Shown: positions 52,401 through 62,495, counted from the stretch's first letter. The stretch: 64,000 bases of DNA from Roseibacillus sp. (GCA_965242925.1 CBDEUM010000030.1:32001-96000); one strand, 5' to 3'. Notes: generated by a model from the letters alone, not told the origin. Translations and numbers: made by a program.

Positions 52401-54060
52401 CAGGGTTAGAATGGTGGTCCTGGATCTCCTCGTTGGCGTGAATTCCGCTTCCCTGCAAGGCCTGCTGGACGCGGCCACCAGGGATGATGACATAACCTAC
52501 GCAAACCACGCCCTGCAACTCCTTGCCAGCAGGTTTCCGCAATCAGCGATCCCGGCGGTCACCAAAGCCCTGGATTCAGATAATGTGATGCAGGCTCAAG
52601 CCGCCTGGCGGATTCTGGTGGACCTTCCCGGCGAGATCACCGCTGTCAGAATTGCTCGCGGGCTCGACGATCTCGAAACAGGAAAGCTCAACCCGAACCT
52701 GGCACTGGAAGTGGTGGAAGCTGCAGAAAAGCGCATGGGTGACCCGATTGTAGCGGTCGCCCTCAGGAACTACGCCAACTCCCTCCCGGAGGATGATCCT
52801 CTTGCTCGCTTCCAGATCTGCTTGCAGGGCGGAGACCCCGTGAACGGGGAAGCCGTCTTCCGTAGCCATCCAGCCGGGCAGTGCCTGCGCTGTCACCGCG
52901 TGGACAGCGGACTCTCGGAAGGCGATGAGGCAGGGCCCAATCTGTCGGGCATCGGCAAGCGGCAGGATGCCAGATACTTCCTCGAGTCCCTCATTCTGCC
53001 CAACGCGGTGGTGACACCAGGTTTCGGAGTGGTCTCCCTGACCTTCACGAACGGGGCAAGCAAATCGGGCATTCTCAGCAGCGAAAGTGCCGACACCATC
53101 GAACTCCTTGAGGGCATGGACCTCTGGCGGATCAAAAAGAGCGATATCCGGAAACGGAGCAAACCCTTCTCCGCCATGGCGCCTCCCATGGACGCCGTTC
53201 TCACCAGCCGCGAAATTCGCGACCTCGTCTCCTGGCTTGGCAGTCTTACCCGTAATAGTCCGCCTGCATCATCCAGTCGCCGCGCAACAGATCTCGACCC
53301 GGACTCCCTGCAAGTCGACACTTCGGGAAACAGGGCGGCCACACCGCATCCCGCCGCAGCCGAAACTCCGTCACCGAACGGGGCAGACAAGACATCCGGG
53401 TCGGCACCGAAACCCAGTCCCAAGGCCGATACAACGCCTGACCGGCAACCGGACGGGAAATCCCCGACGCCCATCGGGGACACCATTGATTCCCGGCAGA
53501 TGAAACTCGGAAAGGAGACTTACCTCACCTGCCTTGCCTGTCACGGAGACCGTGGTCAGGGCGTGCCGGGTCTGGGAGGACCACCCCTCGCTCCCTCTGA
53601 ATGGGTAGTGGGTCCGGCGGAAAACCTGATCCGGATCCAGATCCGTGGCCTCAGGGACAACATCACCGTCAATCATCAGCACTACACCCTTGGAGTTGAT
53701 ATCAATCCTGCGGGCATGATCCCCCTCCCCCAGACCAACGATCAGATCGCCGCCGTCCTCACCTACATCCGTAATAGCTGGGGAAACAGGGCCTCTGCCG
53801 TCACTCCCGGGATGGTCGAGGAGCATCGCGCCGAGATCGGGCAACCACCCCTCAAGGTAACTGACCTTATTTCCCCACCGCTCCTGCCAAAGACCGGGAC
53901 CAAAACTTCCGGATCGGCGGCACGGACCTCCGGTCCAGTAACAGGCAAAGACGGAATCCGGCGCATTCTCACCATCCTGGGAATCCTGATCTGGTGCACT
54001 CTCTGCACCATCCCGCTGATAAGGCGCTTCAAGAAAAGCAACAGGGCGGGAAGGGAATAG
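49432..54060 (+). CDS. Large PVC-type heme-binding protein (propeller, HEAT repeats, two cytochrome c domains, C-terminal TM)
   Basis: Signal peptide, DTDGDGKAD, GPDGRLY, GLRNP, HEAT-like repeats, CLRCH, CLACH, terminal hydrophobic helix with basic tail. Confidence 0.85.
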   Translation: MTILRCALVASTLALHLQAADRVFEPFEGDGFGTWQETGKAFGKAPATGGHGTQADKVRDYAGESFASSFAEGAAGMGSLTSPPFSIEHPHISFLIGGGSKKGLTSIQLLIDNQIMREATGQGDSILRPRTWDVSTLKGRQGSLRLVDAAAGEGDYILIDHILFAEKSDPAFPGATRDGRPFNPGLVSTDTLPGVTIPEGSRLEIFATHGEHGVYSPTALCIDESGRVLVTETHRFRHGIADNRNHRYWHTDDIAALTVEDRRRMHQKWDGEYPVAAMTEKSEKIRLLVDTDGDGKADRNSVYAEGFNGMLDGTAGGIYSLEGQVYFACIPHIWTLRDTDDDGIADTRKKLFSGFGLRVSLSGHDLNGFALGPDGRLYGSVGDRAMNVTSREGLNLAYTDQGTVFRFDPDGTNFEVVHAGLRNPKEIAFDQWGNLISVDNNSDQGDRARVVYIVDGADSGWRTDHQNLHTFHREVGYPRRPINQWMQERQWDKHHEGQPSFLLPPIDVLTSGPSGLTYQPGTGFSTNCENAFLVCDYRGGPAASGIWAFELEPRGAGLEMVNARKFNWGAAVTDVEFGYDGRLYIADFVKGWQSHSAGRIYTLSSEESLTSAKTKEVTELFAEKDFNRLPPLQLFELMGHEDFRVRLRAQLALADRPEAVPYFINATRQEESRSLALHGIWGLWIRSRRFQSNASTDQLLELLGHPDNELRAQAARALGEAPLEDHGRLINSLQDPSPRVRAFAATSLARHRATEAFNPTLVLLAENADHDPYLRHAGVMSLLGSGTEAQIAALDAHPNKSIRLAAVVALRRLRSPNLIRFFFDKEDSLISDEAIRAVHDVPIEIARPAVAALLDEYAPGQGGRPLSRMMLRRLLHSAFRVGGAGNATRLLRVATNAALDKNERLEALRLVSVWTNPPDVDQSLGRYAPLNPRNRSEIKETLEQEIGSLLSLKGEVLAAAIGLAGQYGLSVKGLDEAGLTGLLEDRELGSRVRMVVLDLLVGVNSASLQGLLDAATRDDDITYANHALQLLASRFPQSAIPAVTKALDSDNVMQAQAAWRILVDLPGEITAVRIARGLDDLETGKLNPNLALEVVEAAEKRMGDPIVAVALRNYANSLPEDDPLARFQICLQGGDPVNGEAVFRSHPAGQCLRCHRVDSGLSEGDEAGPNLSGIGKRQDARYFLESLILPNAVVTPGFGVVSLTFTNGASKSGILSSESADTIELLEGMDLWRIKKSDIRKRSKPFSAMAPPMDAVLTSREIRDLVSWLGSLTRNSPPASSSRRATDLDPDSLQVDTSGNRAATPHPAAAETPSPNGADKTSGSAPKPSPKADTTPDRQPDGKSPTPIGDTIDSRQMKLGKETYLTCLACHGDRGQGVPGLGGPPLAPSEWVVGPAENLIRIQIRGLRDNITVNHQHYTLGVDINPAGMIPLPQTNDQIAAVLTYIRNSWGNRASAVTPGMVEEHRAEIGQPPLKVTDLISPPLLPKTGTKTSGSAARTSGPVTGKDGIRRILTILGILIWCTLCTIPLIRRFKKSNRAGRE

Positions 54061-54063
54061 CGC

Positions 54064-57000
54064 TCATGAGCGCGCCATGATATTGCCATAACGGTGCCTT
54101 GTTTCACTCACTGCCTGCTCGCGAAGGTAGTGTAAGAGTTCAATTCTGCCATTTGCGAGAATGGGCCAGTCAATGACCTCCACCTCCGCCTCGCAGGCTG
54201 TCCGCCGCAGATCCTCGGATGGATTCAAGGCCCGAATCCGTTCAACACCTTCCCCCTCCGATCGGATCCACCCGCACAGACCCGCTTCGGTCTCCAACCT
54301 CCAGTCCACCTTGGCAGCAACGGCCAGCGGAGTGCATGCACCCTGCCGCACTCCCGCACTGAGAATCACCTCCACCCCGCAGGTTCGCGCCGCCAGGAGC
54401 ACGAGGGCCACCTCTTCAAGGGTCATTCCCTCGGAGCGCACAAGGATCCGCCCCCCCCTGCGATAACGGAAGATGTTGGACTCGCCCAGGACTTCGGAAG
54501 GATCGTGTGCCACCGAAAATTCCTCGCTCCACCACCTTGCATAGCTCGCTATCGCCGCTCGAATCCGCTCCGTCGCAGGGGCCAGGATCCTGCAGAACGC
54601 CTCTGCCAGATCCGAATGCGCCCCCTCCTTACCGGCCCGGGGAAGAGACACCTCGCTCCACCTCGCCAGTTGCAGAACGTAATTAGGTCCTCCTGCCTTC
54701 GCCCCCGGCCCGATTGCCGACCGTTTCCATCCCCCAAATGGCTGCCGCTGAACGATCGCCCCCGTAATCGGTCGATTGATATAGGCGTTGCCCACCTCCA
54801 CACCTTCCCGCCACTGGCGAATCTCCCGCAGGTCCAGACTCTGGAGCCCTCCCGTCAGTCCGAAGCGGGAATCATTCTGCAACCGGAGCCCGTCTTCGAA
54901 ATCGCATGCCCGCATCAATCCCAGGACCGGCCCGAAACACTCGGTGTGCCGGTACCAACTGGAGGAGTGCACCCCCATTCTGATACCCGGCGTCCACAGG
55001 CAGGGATTACCATTCACCATCCTCGGTTCAAGCAACCACTCCTGCCCCTCTTCCAGTTCCTTCAATCCGCGGGCCAGCTCAATCCCGGGAGGCCGAATGA
55101 CCGGGGTGACCACGCTGGCAAGTTCATACGGTGCTCCCACCCGCAGACTGGCTGCCGCATCACGCAACTGACGCAGGAAGGAATCATCGTCATAGAGCTC
55201 GGCCTCAACAATAGCCAGGGAAGCCGCCGAGCACTTCTGTCCCGCGTGTCCGAACGCACTCTTTACTAGATCCTTGATCGCCTGATCGGGATCCGCCGCC
55301 GCAGTGATCAGCATGGTATTCTTGCCACTCGTTTCCGCAAAGAGCCGCATGGAGGGTTTCCATCCTCTAAAGAGGCGTGCCGTCTCGTAGGCACCAGTGA
55401 GAATGACCCCTTTGACCCGTTCATCCGTGAGCAACTTCCGCCCCACCCCATCCTCGGCCACCGGAAGGAACTGCAAGGCCTTCTTCGGGATACCCGCGCT
55501 CCAGAGCACCTCTGCCAGTCGCCACGCAGTCAGGACCGTTTCCGGCGGCGGCTTAAGGATCACCGCATTCCCGGCAACCAGAGCTGCAAGCACTCCCCCA
55601 CAGGCAATCGCGAGAGGAAAATTCCATGGCGGGGCAACCACCACCACTCCCAGCGGCGTTCGCTTTACCCCGTCCCCCAGCCCCGGACGCGACAGGCAAT
55701 GCCCATAGTAATTTGCAAAATCGATCGCTTCATTCACTTCCGAGTCCGCCTCCGGGACCGCTTTTCCCGCATCACGCTCCATGGTGGCAATCAGCACGCC
55801 TCGTGTCCGCGCCAGTTCAGTGGAAACCCTGACGAGTTGCTCCCCGGGAGTGAGCCCGGTCGACTCCGCCCAGACTTCCACTGCGTCTACCGCAACCCTG
55901 AGGGCCTCCTCGACCTCTTCTTCTCCAGCCAACCCGTAGCGGTAGAGACATTCGCCCGGGACAGACGGGTCAAAAGACTCCCCGGTCTGCACCGGTTTCC
56001 TGATTCGTCCTCCCACCTGGATCCCGATTGTCCCGGGAATCTCCACATGCTCGCGGATATTGTGCACCCACTCCCGGTTACCCGTCAGTGTCCAGTCAGT
56101 ATCCGCTTCATTCTCGAAAACCGTACCAGGCAGCTCCCCGCTCTCAATCCGCCGATCCTGTTGCCGTGCAGGCATCGCGCTCACTTCATCCTTGGCGGAG
56201 GCAGCCAGCAGGAACCGCTCTTTTTGTTCATTCCACTTCTGCCCCCCCGGGCGCATTCCGAAGAGATCGCGCAGGAAATTCTCCGGGGCCGTGTTCTCAT
56301 CGAGCCGCCGCACCAGATAGGCGATGGCGGAGTGGAAGTTCTCCCGGTCAACCACCGGGGCATAAAAAAGCAGGCTGCCCCCCACTTTCTCCACCGCCCG
56401 GGCCTGGTGATTCGCCATCCCTTCCAGCATCTCGATCTCAACCTGGTCCCGGACACCCTGTCTCTCCCTCAGAAGCAGGGCATAGGCCACATCGAAAAGG
56501 TTGTGACTCCCCACCCCGACCCGAACTGCCTTCGCGTGGTGTTTCTCGCAGGCATAGTGGAGCATACGCTTGAAATTGGCATCCACTTCACCTTTGAACT
56601 CGTATGGGGCCTGTTCCCAGCCGTGCACCGCTGCCTCCACCTTTTCCATGGCCAGATTAGCCCCCTTCACAATGCGCAGTTTGATTCCCGCTCTTCCCCG
56701 GGCCTGGCGTTCGCAGGCCCAGCTGGTCAGCTTCTGCTGCAACCCGAAGGAGTCGGGCAGATAGGCCTGTAACACGATCCCCGCCTCAAGATCGCGAAAC
56801 TCCTCTTCGTCCAACACCGCCTGGAAGACATCGCAGGTGAGATGCAGATCACGATACTCCTCCATATCGAGATTCACGAACTTCGGTTTGCCCTCAACTG
56901 CGTTGTCCTGCGCCGCGCGGTAAAGATCCCGCAGGGGCCCCTTCACCCGCTCGAGGGTATCCTCGTAAGCCAGGACGTTCACCTGGCTGAAGACCGAACT

Positions 57001-57591
57001 GATCTTCACTGAGATATAGTCGCAATCCGGACTTTCCAACCGACGGATATTCTCCTCCAGACGGCGCCCCGCCTCCTCTTCCCCCAGGATGGCTTCCCCA
57101 AGGAGATTGAGGTTCAGTCGTGCGCCCATCCGGCGTCGCTTCGCAATATGCCGACTCAGAAACCCCGGCTCTGCGGGAAGCACCACCTGCCTGCTTTCGC
57201 GCCTCATCTTGGCCGTCACGGCCGCGATCACGGCTTCCGGCGCCAGATAGGAACCAATTGCTGCAACCACCAGTGCGATGCGCTCATGCAGGGGAAGATA
57301 TTCAGGGGCGCCTCTGCTCTCCAGCAGGTAGCGGAACTGGGAGGCCGCCCGCCAGGCGGTCCGGGGACGAAAGACCTGATCCGCCATCTCCAGGGTGAAC
57401 GCCTTCCCGGCAGGATCTTCGAGCATGCGATCCATCTTCCACGCCTCATAGCGCTCCCCCAGACGCTGCCCCTTCCTGGCTGCCACCAGAATCTCCTCCG
57501 CCAGGCTAACCGCCTCTCGGGCCAGCGCGACATCATCCCAATCTTCATTTCCCGCCCGTTCCAGGTGTCTTCCCATCAGGTTCCCCTTCAT
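54064..57591 (-). CDS. putA: Bifunctional proline dehydrogenase / P5C dehydrogenase
   Basis: NLNLLGE, NLDMEEY, GIVLQAYL, RIVKGAN, SHNLFD, EMLEGM, RRLDEN; ALDH half with PWNFP, ETSGKN, AGQKCSA, ECFGP; start uncertain. Confidence 0.94.
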   Translation of the reverse strand: MKGNLMGRHLERAGNEDWDDVALAREAVSLAEEILVAARKGQRLGERYEAWKMDRMLEDPAGKAFTLEMADQVFRPRTAWRAASQFRYLLESRGAPEYLPLHERIALVVAAIGSYLAPEAVIAAVTAKMRRESRQVVLPAEPGFLSRHIAKRRRMGARLNLNLLGEAILGEEEAGRRLEENIRRLESPDCDYISVKISSVFSQVNVLAYEDTLERVKGPLRDLYRAAQDNAVEGKPKFVNLDMEEYRDLHLTCDVFQAVLDEEEFRDLEAGIVLQAYLPDSFGLQQKLTSWACERQARGRAGIKLRIVKGANLAMEKVEAAVHGWEQAPYEFKGEVDANFKRMLHYACEKHHAKAVRVGVGSHNLFDVAYALLLRERQGVRDQVEIEMLEGMANHQARAVEKVGGSLLFYAPVVDRENFHSAIAYLVRRLDENTAPENFLRDLFGMRPGGQKWNEQKERFLLAASAKDEVSAMPARQQDRRIESGELPGTVFENEADTDWTLTGNREWVHNIREHVEIPGTIGIQVGGRIRKPVQTGESFDPSVPGECLYRYGLAGEEEVEEALRVAVDAVEVWAESTGLTPGEQLVRVSTELARTRGVLIATMERDAGKAVPEADSEVNEAIDFANYYGHCLSRPGLGDGVKRTPLGVVVVAPPWNFPLAIACGGVLAALVAGNAVILKPPPETVLTAWRLAEVLWSAGIPKKALQFLPVAEDGVGRKLLTDERVKGVILTGAYETARLFRGWKPSMRLFAETSGKNTMLITAAADPDQAIKDLVKSAFGHAGQKCSAASLAIVEAELYDDDSFLRQLRDAAASLRVGAPYELASVVTPVIRPPGIELARGLKELEEGQEWLLEPRMVNGNPCLWTPGIRMGVHSSSWYRHTECFGPVLGLMRACDFEDGLRLQNDSRFGLTGGLQSLDLREIRQWREGVEVGNAYINRPITGAIVQRQPFGGWKRSAIGPGAKAGGPNYVLQLARWSEVSLPRAGKEGAHSDLAEAFCRILAPATERIRAAIASYARWWSEEFSVAHDPSEVLGESNIFRYRRGGRILVRSEGMTLEEVALVLLAARTCGVEVILSAGVRQGACTPLAVAAKVDWRLETEAGLCGWIRSEGEGVERIRALNPSEDLRRTACEAEVEVIDWPILANGRIELLHYLREQAVSETRHRYGNIMARS

Positions 57592-57705
57592 TGCCCTTCC
57601 CTTACTCTTCACTCTGTCATCGAAACACACTAAGGGACGAAGTGATTGTCTCTCTCACCATCGATGACCTCGGACTCCATCTTGGCTCCCTCTCAGGATG
57701 CTCCA

Positions 57706-59061
57706 TTATTCGGCGGACAACAAGTCCTTCCACTCGTGTAATTCCACTCCTTCACCCAAACCCCCAACCTTGTCCACAAGCTCTCCACAACGCCTGCGCC
57801 AATGCGCATGGTCCGGGGCAGATTTTGGATCATCCGCACTGCGCGGAAAAACAAGATAAGTCACGGTAAGATCCGAGACCGGACGGCTATAGGGATTGGC
57901 CTTGGCGTTGATTTCACGAGCCATCCGCAGAGACGCCTCCCCCACCTTGAAACTCGGTCCGGCATCGCCCACGATAGCGGGATACGGCACGCCTCCATGA
58001 ACCACGATCGCAAAGTCACCTACATTCGGGGCATAGGGATCACGCCGGTCGGCGAGGACGTTGACGGGAATGACAATGAAGGGATCATACTCCGCGATGA
58101 GGAAGCTCGCGATCTTCATATCGGCAATGCCGGTTTCCAGCATCTTTATCCTGTTGAGCAGCCATGCCTTGCGTTCCTGCCCCGCACCACCCTCCCCGAT
58201 CTCGCGCCTCGCATTCCCGATACGTCGTTCCCAGCCCGCAACCATGGGATTGGGTGTTGAGCCGGTCTTCTTCCACCGGTAACTCGTAAACGGCTGGTAA
58301 TTGGTCGAGTTCACGATCTCGTCCGGCATCCTGGAAAGCCTGTCTCCATCCGATCCGTCAGAGACAACGTCCATCTCAGCCTGCATGAGAAAAAGACGCT
58401 GACCGCTCTCCTCCGAACGCAGATTCAGGATGGTTTCACAGTCGTAGAAATTGTGTCTGCTAAGCACTTCATCCAGACGTCCCACATTGCCCTTCAAGCG
58501 GGCGGCCTTGTTAGCATAAAGCTGGCGATACCATGCCGACACCTCGGCCCCGGGCAACAGGGTCTCCAGTCCAGGCAGAATTTTCAGGAGGTGTGGACTG
58601 GTCAGGGTCAATTCCTCCAAAGATCTGGCAGCTCTGGGCATGCGAACTTTCAGGGCATATTCGGCCAGGTAGGCTTCCCTGTTCCTCCTTTCCATGGAGG
58701 CCAGTTCACCGCTACTCGAATCAAAGGTAACCTTGAGATCTATTCCTTTCGAAAGCTGCCTGATATCGACTCCATCGGGCGGGGTCAACACGCCCGGCGG
58801 AAACGAAGGGTCTGGATCGCTCTCCAGGGGGGTTGGTGGCTCGAGAGATACGGGCGGCGCCCTGTCCGGATCAACCCGTTCCTTCTCCACTATGATTACC
58901 TCCGAACCAAACACCTCCTTGAGCCCCCGCTTGACCTTTCCCCCCACTGGCGTGAGCAGGGAGACCAGACCGAGGACGGCCACGAGTGCCAGCCCAAGAC
59001 CAAGGGTCGGAACTCCCCAGGCGGAACGCTGGCTCTTGGATTTTTTGCGGTTACCGGACAT
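57706..59061 (-). CDS. Membrane-anchored glycoside hydrolase family 75 (chitosanase-like) protein
   Basis: N-terminal TM; MDVVSDG, PFIVIP, GDFAIVV..YPAIVGDAGP..VGEASL, VTYLVFP. Confidence 0.75.
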   Translation of the reverse strand: MSGNRKKSKSQRSAWGVPTLGLGLALVAVLGLVSLLTPVGGKVKRGLKEVFGSEVIIVEKERVDPDRAPPVSLEPPTPLESDPDPSFPPGVLTPPDGVDIRQLSKGIDLKVTFDSSSGELASMERRNREAYLAEYALKVRMPRAARSLEELTLTSPHLLKILPGLETLLPGAEVSAWYRQLYANKAARLKGNVGRLDEVLSRHNFYDCETILNLRSEESGQRLFLMQAEMDVVSDGSDGDRLSRMPDEIVNSTNYQPFTSYRWKKTGSTPNPMVAGWERRIGNARREIGEGGAGQERKAWLLNRIKMLETGIADMKIASFLIAEYDPFIVIPVNVLADRRDPYAPNVGDFAIVVHGGVPYPAIVGDAGPSFKVGEASLRMAREINAKANPYSRPVSDLTVTYLVFPRSADDPKSAPDHAHWRRRCGELVDKVGGLGEGVELHEWKDLLSAE

Positions 59062-59073
59062 GACAAAGAGAAC

Positions 59074-59895
59074 CTACGAATCGTCTTCGGACACGCTGCG
59101 GGGCCGAAAACTCATCAGGTATCGGATGGCTGCCATGGGAAGGATGGAGAGCCCCGCCGCGAGGAGAGCCACCTTCAATCCAGGGTAGGAGCGGGCCCGA
59201 TCAAGTTGCAACGCCATCAGGGCATCCAGGACAACCTCGTCCCTGGAAACGAAAAACCACTCGCGGGAGGAGCTCTCCAGAGGCGCACCCTGTCGCCCGG
59301 CGACTTCTCCAAAATTCGTATGGACCGGCCCTGGGCAAACCGCCAGGACGGGGATCTGGTGCTCGCGAAGCTCCAGGCGCAGGGCCTCCGAGAAGCTGGT
59401 GAGGTAGGCCTTGCTGGCCGCGTAAACTGCAAAATCAGGAATAGGAAGCAGTGAAGCCAACGAGCTCACATTCAGAACCGCCCCCTGCCCCGAGCGCAGC
59501 ATATCGGGAAGAAACCCGTGCGTAAGATGAGTTGCGGCCGCCATGTTCAAGTCGAGCATGTGCTGCACCTTTTCCCAGTGGGCAGTCGCAAACTCACCAT
59601 AATCCCCCATCCCTGCGTTGTTGACCAGGAGGTTCGGAGCCCACTCCGTGCCCGTCACCTGGTCAATTAATTTCCGACGTTCAGCTGGGCACGCGAGATC
59701 CACCGGAAAGGAGACCACCTCCAACCCCGGATGGTCGGTTCGCAGTCTGACCTCAAGTTGCCTCAGAACTTCCTCCCGGCGGGCAACCAGCACCATGCGG
59801 CGACAGTGCGGCGCGAGTTGATCCGAAAACTCCTCACCCAGGCCCCCGGAGGCGCCTGTGATAAGCGAACAGTCATAAAGCAGGCGGGCGGCCAT
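59074..59895 (-). CDS. SDR family oxidoreductase
   Basis: TGASGGLG, NNAG, NVSS, YAASK, CPGPV. Confidence 0.93.
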   Translation of the reverse strand: MAARLLYDCSLITGASGGLGEEFSDQLAPHCRRMVLVARREEVLRQLEVRLRTDHPGLEVVSFPVDLACPAERRKLIDQVTGTEWAPNLLVNNAGMGDYGEFATAHWEKVQHMLDLNMAAATHLTHGFLPDMLRSGQGAVLNVSSLASLLPIPDFAVYAASKAYLTSFSEALRLELREHQIPVLAVCPGPVHTNFGEVAGRQGAPLESSSREWFFVSRDEVVLDALMALQLDRARSYPGLKVALLAAGLSILPMAAIRYLMSFRPRSVSEDDS

Positions 59896-59918
59896 GAGAT
59901 CCCTGTCCTGAACAGGTT

Positions 59919-60356
59919 CTACTCCATCGGCGGCTGAGCGGACTGCGGCTTGTCCCGCGTTTGCGCAATACGCAGCGGAAGCCGCACCACCAGTTCGCCA
60001 TCGATTGTAACATCGACATGATAGATTCCCTCACCGGGAAACTTGAGCCCCTGAAAGTTGAGCACGAGGTTACGGGTCAGGAAGGGGACCTCATCGGGCA
60101 CCTGAATCGGCATCTCGGCCCGGATGGGCATCTTGGATGGATCAATCGATTTCCCGTCCTCGTCGATGATGTTGATCGTCATCTTGTGATCACCCGAATC
60201 CTCGGGAAGAACACAAATCCGCATGGCCAGTGAACAGTGGGGATGAACGACAGGAAGCTGGGGAGCCCGGAGCGCATCGAACGTTCCATTGATGACCAGC
60301 TTGCCGTTTCCATAGTCGGCGGCGAAATCGCAGAGGGTTGCTATTTGAATATCCAT
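59919..60356 (-). CDS. Hypothetical beta-sandwich protein (DUF6941-like)
   Basis: LCDFAA..GKLVINGTFD..P..FPGEGIY pattern. Confidence 0.7.
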   Translation of the reverse strand: MDIQIATLCDFAADYGNGKLVINGTFDALRAPQLPVVHPHCSLAMRICVLPEDSGDHKMTINIIDEDGKSIDPSKMPIRAEMPIQVPDEVPFLTRNLVLNFQGLKFPGEGIYHVDVTIDGELVVRLPLRIAQTRDKPQSAQPPME

Positions 60357-60422
60357 TAAACTCTAAAAACTGCATCTGTCTGACCCGTCGCGGAGAAAAG
60401 GTCCAGCGTCAATTGGATGGAC

Positions 60423-62495
60423 CTACTCGTCCTCCTCGACCGGGATCGCCACCGGCGCATCATCGACCGGGACGGCGGGCAGGGCTTCCCCGACCGGATC
60501 AATCGGTTCGCCGTCCTCCTCGTGCGTCTCCACCGGGACAGCCCGGAAAATCTTGCCGCTCGGGATGATGACATTGCCATCCTCGTCCACAGGCAGGACA
60601 ACCGGAATAGCAGGATCTTCTCCCTCCGATTCTTCCACCACGATAAGCGCCTTGGATGGCGGCCTGATCATGTCCTGGATCTCACCTTTGAACTTTTCGA
60701 AAAACTCCGGGACCATGGGGGCCGCCTTGCGACCCCCGGAAACCTTCTCGCCCGGATCACCTTCGTAGAGCACTGCAAATGCCAGTCGCGGGTTTTCGGC
60801 CGGGAAGAATCCGGCATGCCAGGCAATCTCCTGATTGTTGGCCAGTTTCCACTGACCAGTGCCCGTCTTGGCACACACCTCGACGAAGCTCAATGAACCC
60901 CTCCGACCCGTGCCCCACCCGGCATGTGTCACGTCATACATGCCCTGATGCACCACCTGCACGGCATCAGGATCCAAATGAAGCGGATTCCGCGATTGGG
61001 GTTCAGATGCCTGTAGCACTCCTCCGGCAGGATCCTGCACCTGTCGGATCATCTGCAACTTGGGAAGGACCGAACCATTCGCAATACCCGTCATGGACTG
61101 AGCCACCTGGAGCGGAGTGGCCTCCCATGCCTGTCCGATCGAGTAGTTCGCAGCATCTCCATCGGTGAAGGGTCTTCCAAATCGCTTCAGGACATACTCG
61201 TTGGTAGGCACCCGGCCCGACGCCTCTCCAAACAGCGGAAGACCCGAACGAGACCCGTAGCCCAGTCTGCGGGCAGTCGACAGGAAGGCACTCGGTCCCG
61301 TCTCGATCCCCACCTGGTAAAACCAGCAGTTGTTGGAGCGGGCGATCGCTCGAGTCACATTCATCAACCCCTCCGGTTCACGGGTCCAGTTCCACATCTT
61401 GGCAGGCGACCTCCTGCCGACTTCAATGTAATCCGGACAATCGATCTCAGTCCATTCCTCCACCACCTTTCCGGTGAGCGCGGTCAGGGCTACCACCGGC
61501 TTGAAACTGGAAGCGGGCGGATAGAGCCCCTGAAACGCTCTTCCAAACATCGGACGACCCTCATCGTCGGTGAGAGTTTTGAGCTCCTCGCTGCTGATCC
61601 TGGGAATCCAGATGTTGATGTCGTAACTTGGCCTCGACGCCAGCACCAGCACCTCTCCGGTGGGGATGTCGATGACTACGAGTGCACCCCGCTTGCAATG
61701 ATCCTCGAGAACCTTCTCTGCATGCCGTTGCCAGTCCAGATTGAAGGTCGTCACCACCGTATGACCGATACGCGGCCGCCGCGTCAGCTCATCACGCAGT
61801 TTCCTGCCTCCGGAATCGAAGATCACCTTGCGCTCACCGGGACGTCCCGTGAGTTCCTGATCCATCGTCTTCTCAAGGCCGGCATCCCCATAGGTGTCTT
61901 CAAAGACAAGGTCTCCGTGCACGATGGGGCCATTTGACAACCGTCCCCTACTGCGCACGTAGCCAATGATGTGCGCAGCGGAAGGACCCCCGGGGTAGTG
62001 CCGGTGATAGATCGGATGCATGACCAACCCCGGGATGAGTTGCTTCTTGAAAGACTCCTCCCTGTCAGGAGGCACGAGAGAGGCCGCAAAAATGAGTGGC
62101 AACCACCGGCGGTGCTTGTAGTGCGAGAGGAAGACCTCGTCCGTCACCCTGTAGTCCCTTCCCGCCAATCTCGAAGCGTGCGTCAGGCGTTCCCTCGCCC
62201 ATGTTATGATCTCGGCATCAACCGGGTCCGGGAAATGCGCAAACTGGATCGCGAACTGATAGCCCACCCTGTTCTGAGCGAAAGGCTTGCCATTCCGGTC
62301 CGTGATCAGACCCCGGGGAGCCGGAATTCTGAGTGTCATGGTCCGGGCATCCGGCCGGGTCAGCACCGAGGCATCATCCGCTCCTTTCCCTTTGGACGCG
62401 GCGGTTCTGGCGTCCCCCTCGCCCAATTCCTGCCCCCAGAGGAGACACGAAAGCACCGGAACCATGAATGGAAAGAGAATCCGGCAGCTTCGCAT
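60423..62495 (-). CDS. Class B penicillin-binding protein (PBP2/MrdA-like transpeptidase)
   Basis: PAPRGLITDRNG, RHYP, SxxK (PASSFKP), SNN, KTGT; start uncertain. Confidence 0.9.
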   Translation of the reverse strand: MRSCRILFPFMVPVLSCLLWGQELGEGDARTAASKGKGADDASVLTRPDARTMTLRIPAPRGLITDRNGKPFAQNRVGYQFAIQFAHFPDPVDAEIITWARERLTHASRLAGRDYRVTDEVFLSHYKHRRWLPLIFAASLVPPDREESFKKQLIPGLVMHPIYHRHYPGGPSAAHIIGYVRSRGRLSNGPIVHGDLVFEDTYGDAGLEKTMDQELTGRPGERKVIFDSGGRKLRDELTRRPRIGHTVVTTFNLDWQRHAEKVLEDHCKRGALVVIDIPTGEVLVLASRPSYDINIWIPRISSEELKTLTDDEGRPMFGRAFQGLYPPASSFKPVVALTALTGKVVEEWTEIDCPDYIEVGRRSPAKMWNWTREPEGLMNVTRAIARSNNCWFYQVGIETGPSAFLSTARRLGYGSRSGLPLFGEASGRVPTNEYVLKRFGRPFTDGDAANYSIGQAWEATPLQVAQSMTGIANGSVLPKLQMIRQVQDPAGGVLQASEPQSRNPLHLDPDAVQVVHQGMYDVTHAGWGTGRRGSLSFVEVCAKTGTGQWKLANNQEIAWHAGFFPAENPRLAFAVLYEGDPGEKVSGGRKAAPMVPEFFEKFKGEIQDMIRPPSKALIVVEESEGEDPAIPVVLPVDEDGNVIIPSGKIFRAVPVETHEEDGEPIDPVGEALPAVPVDDAPVAIPVEEDE

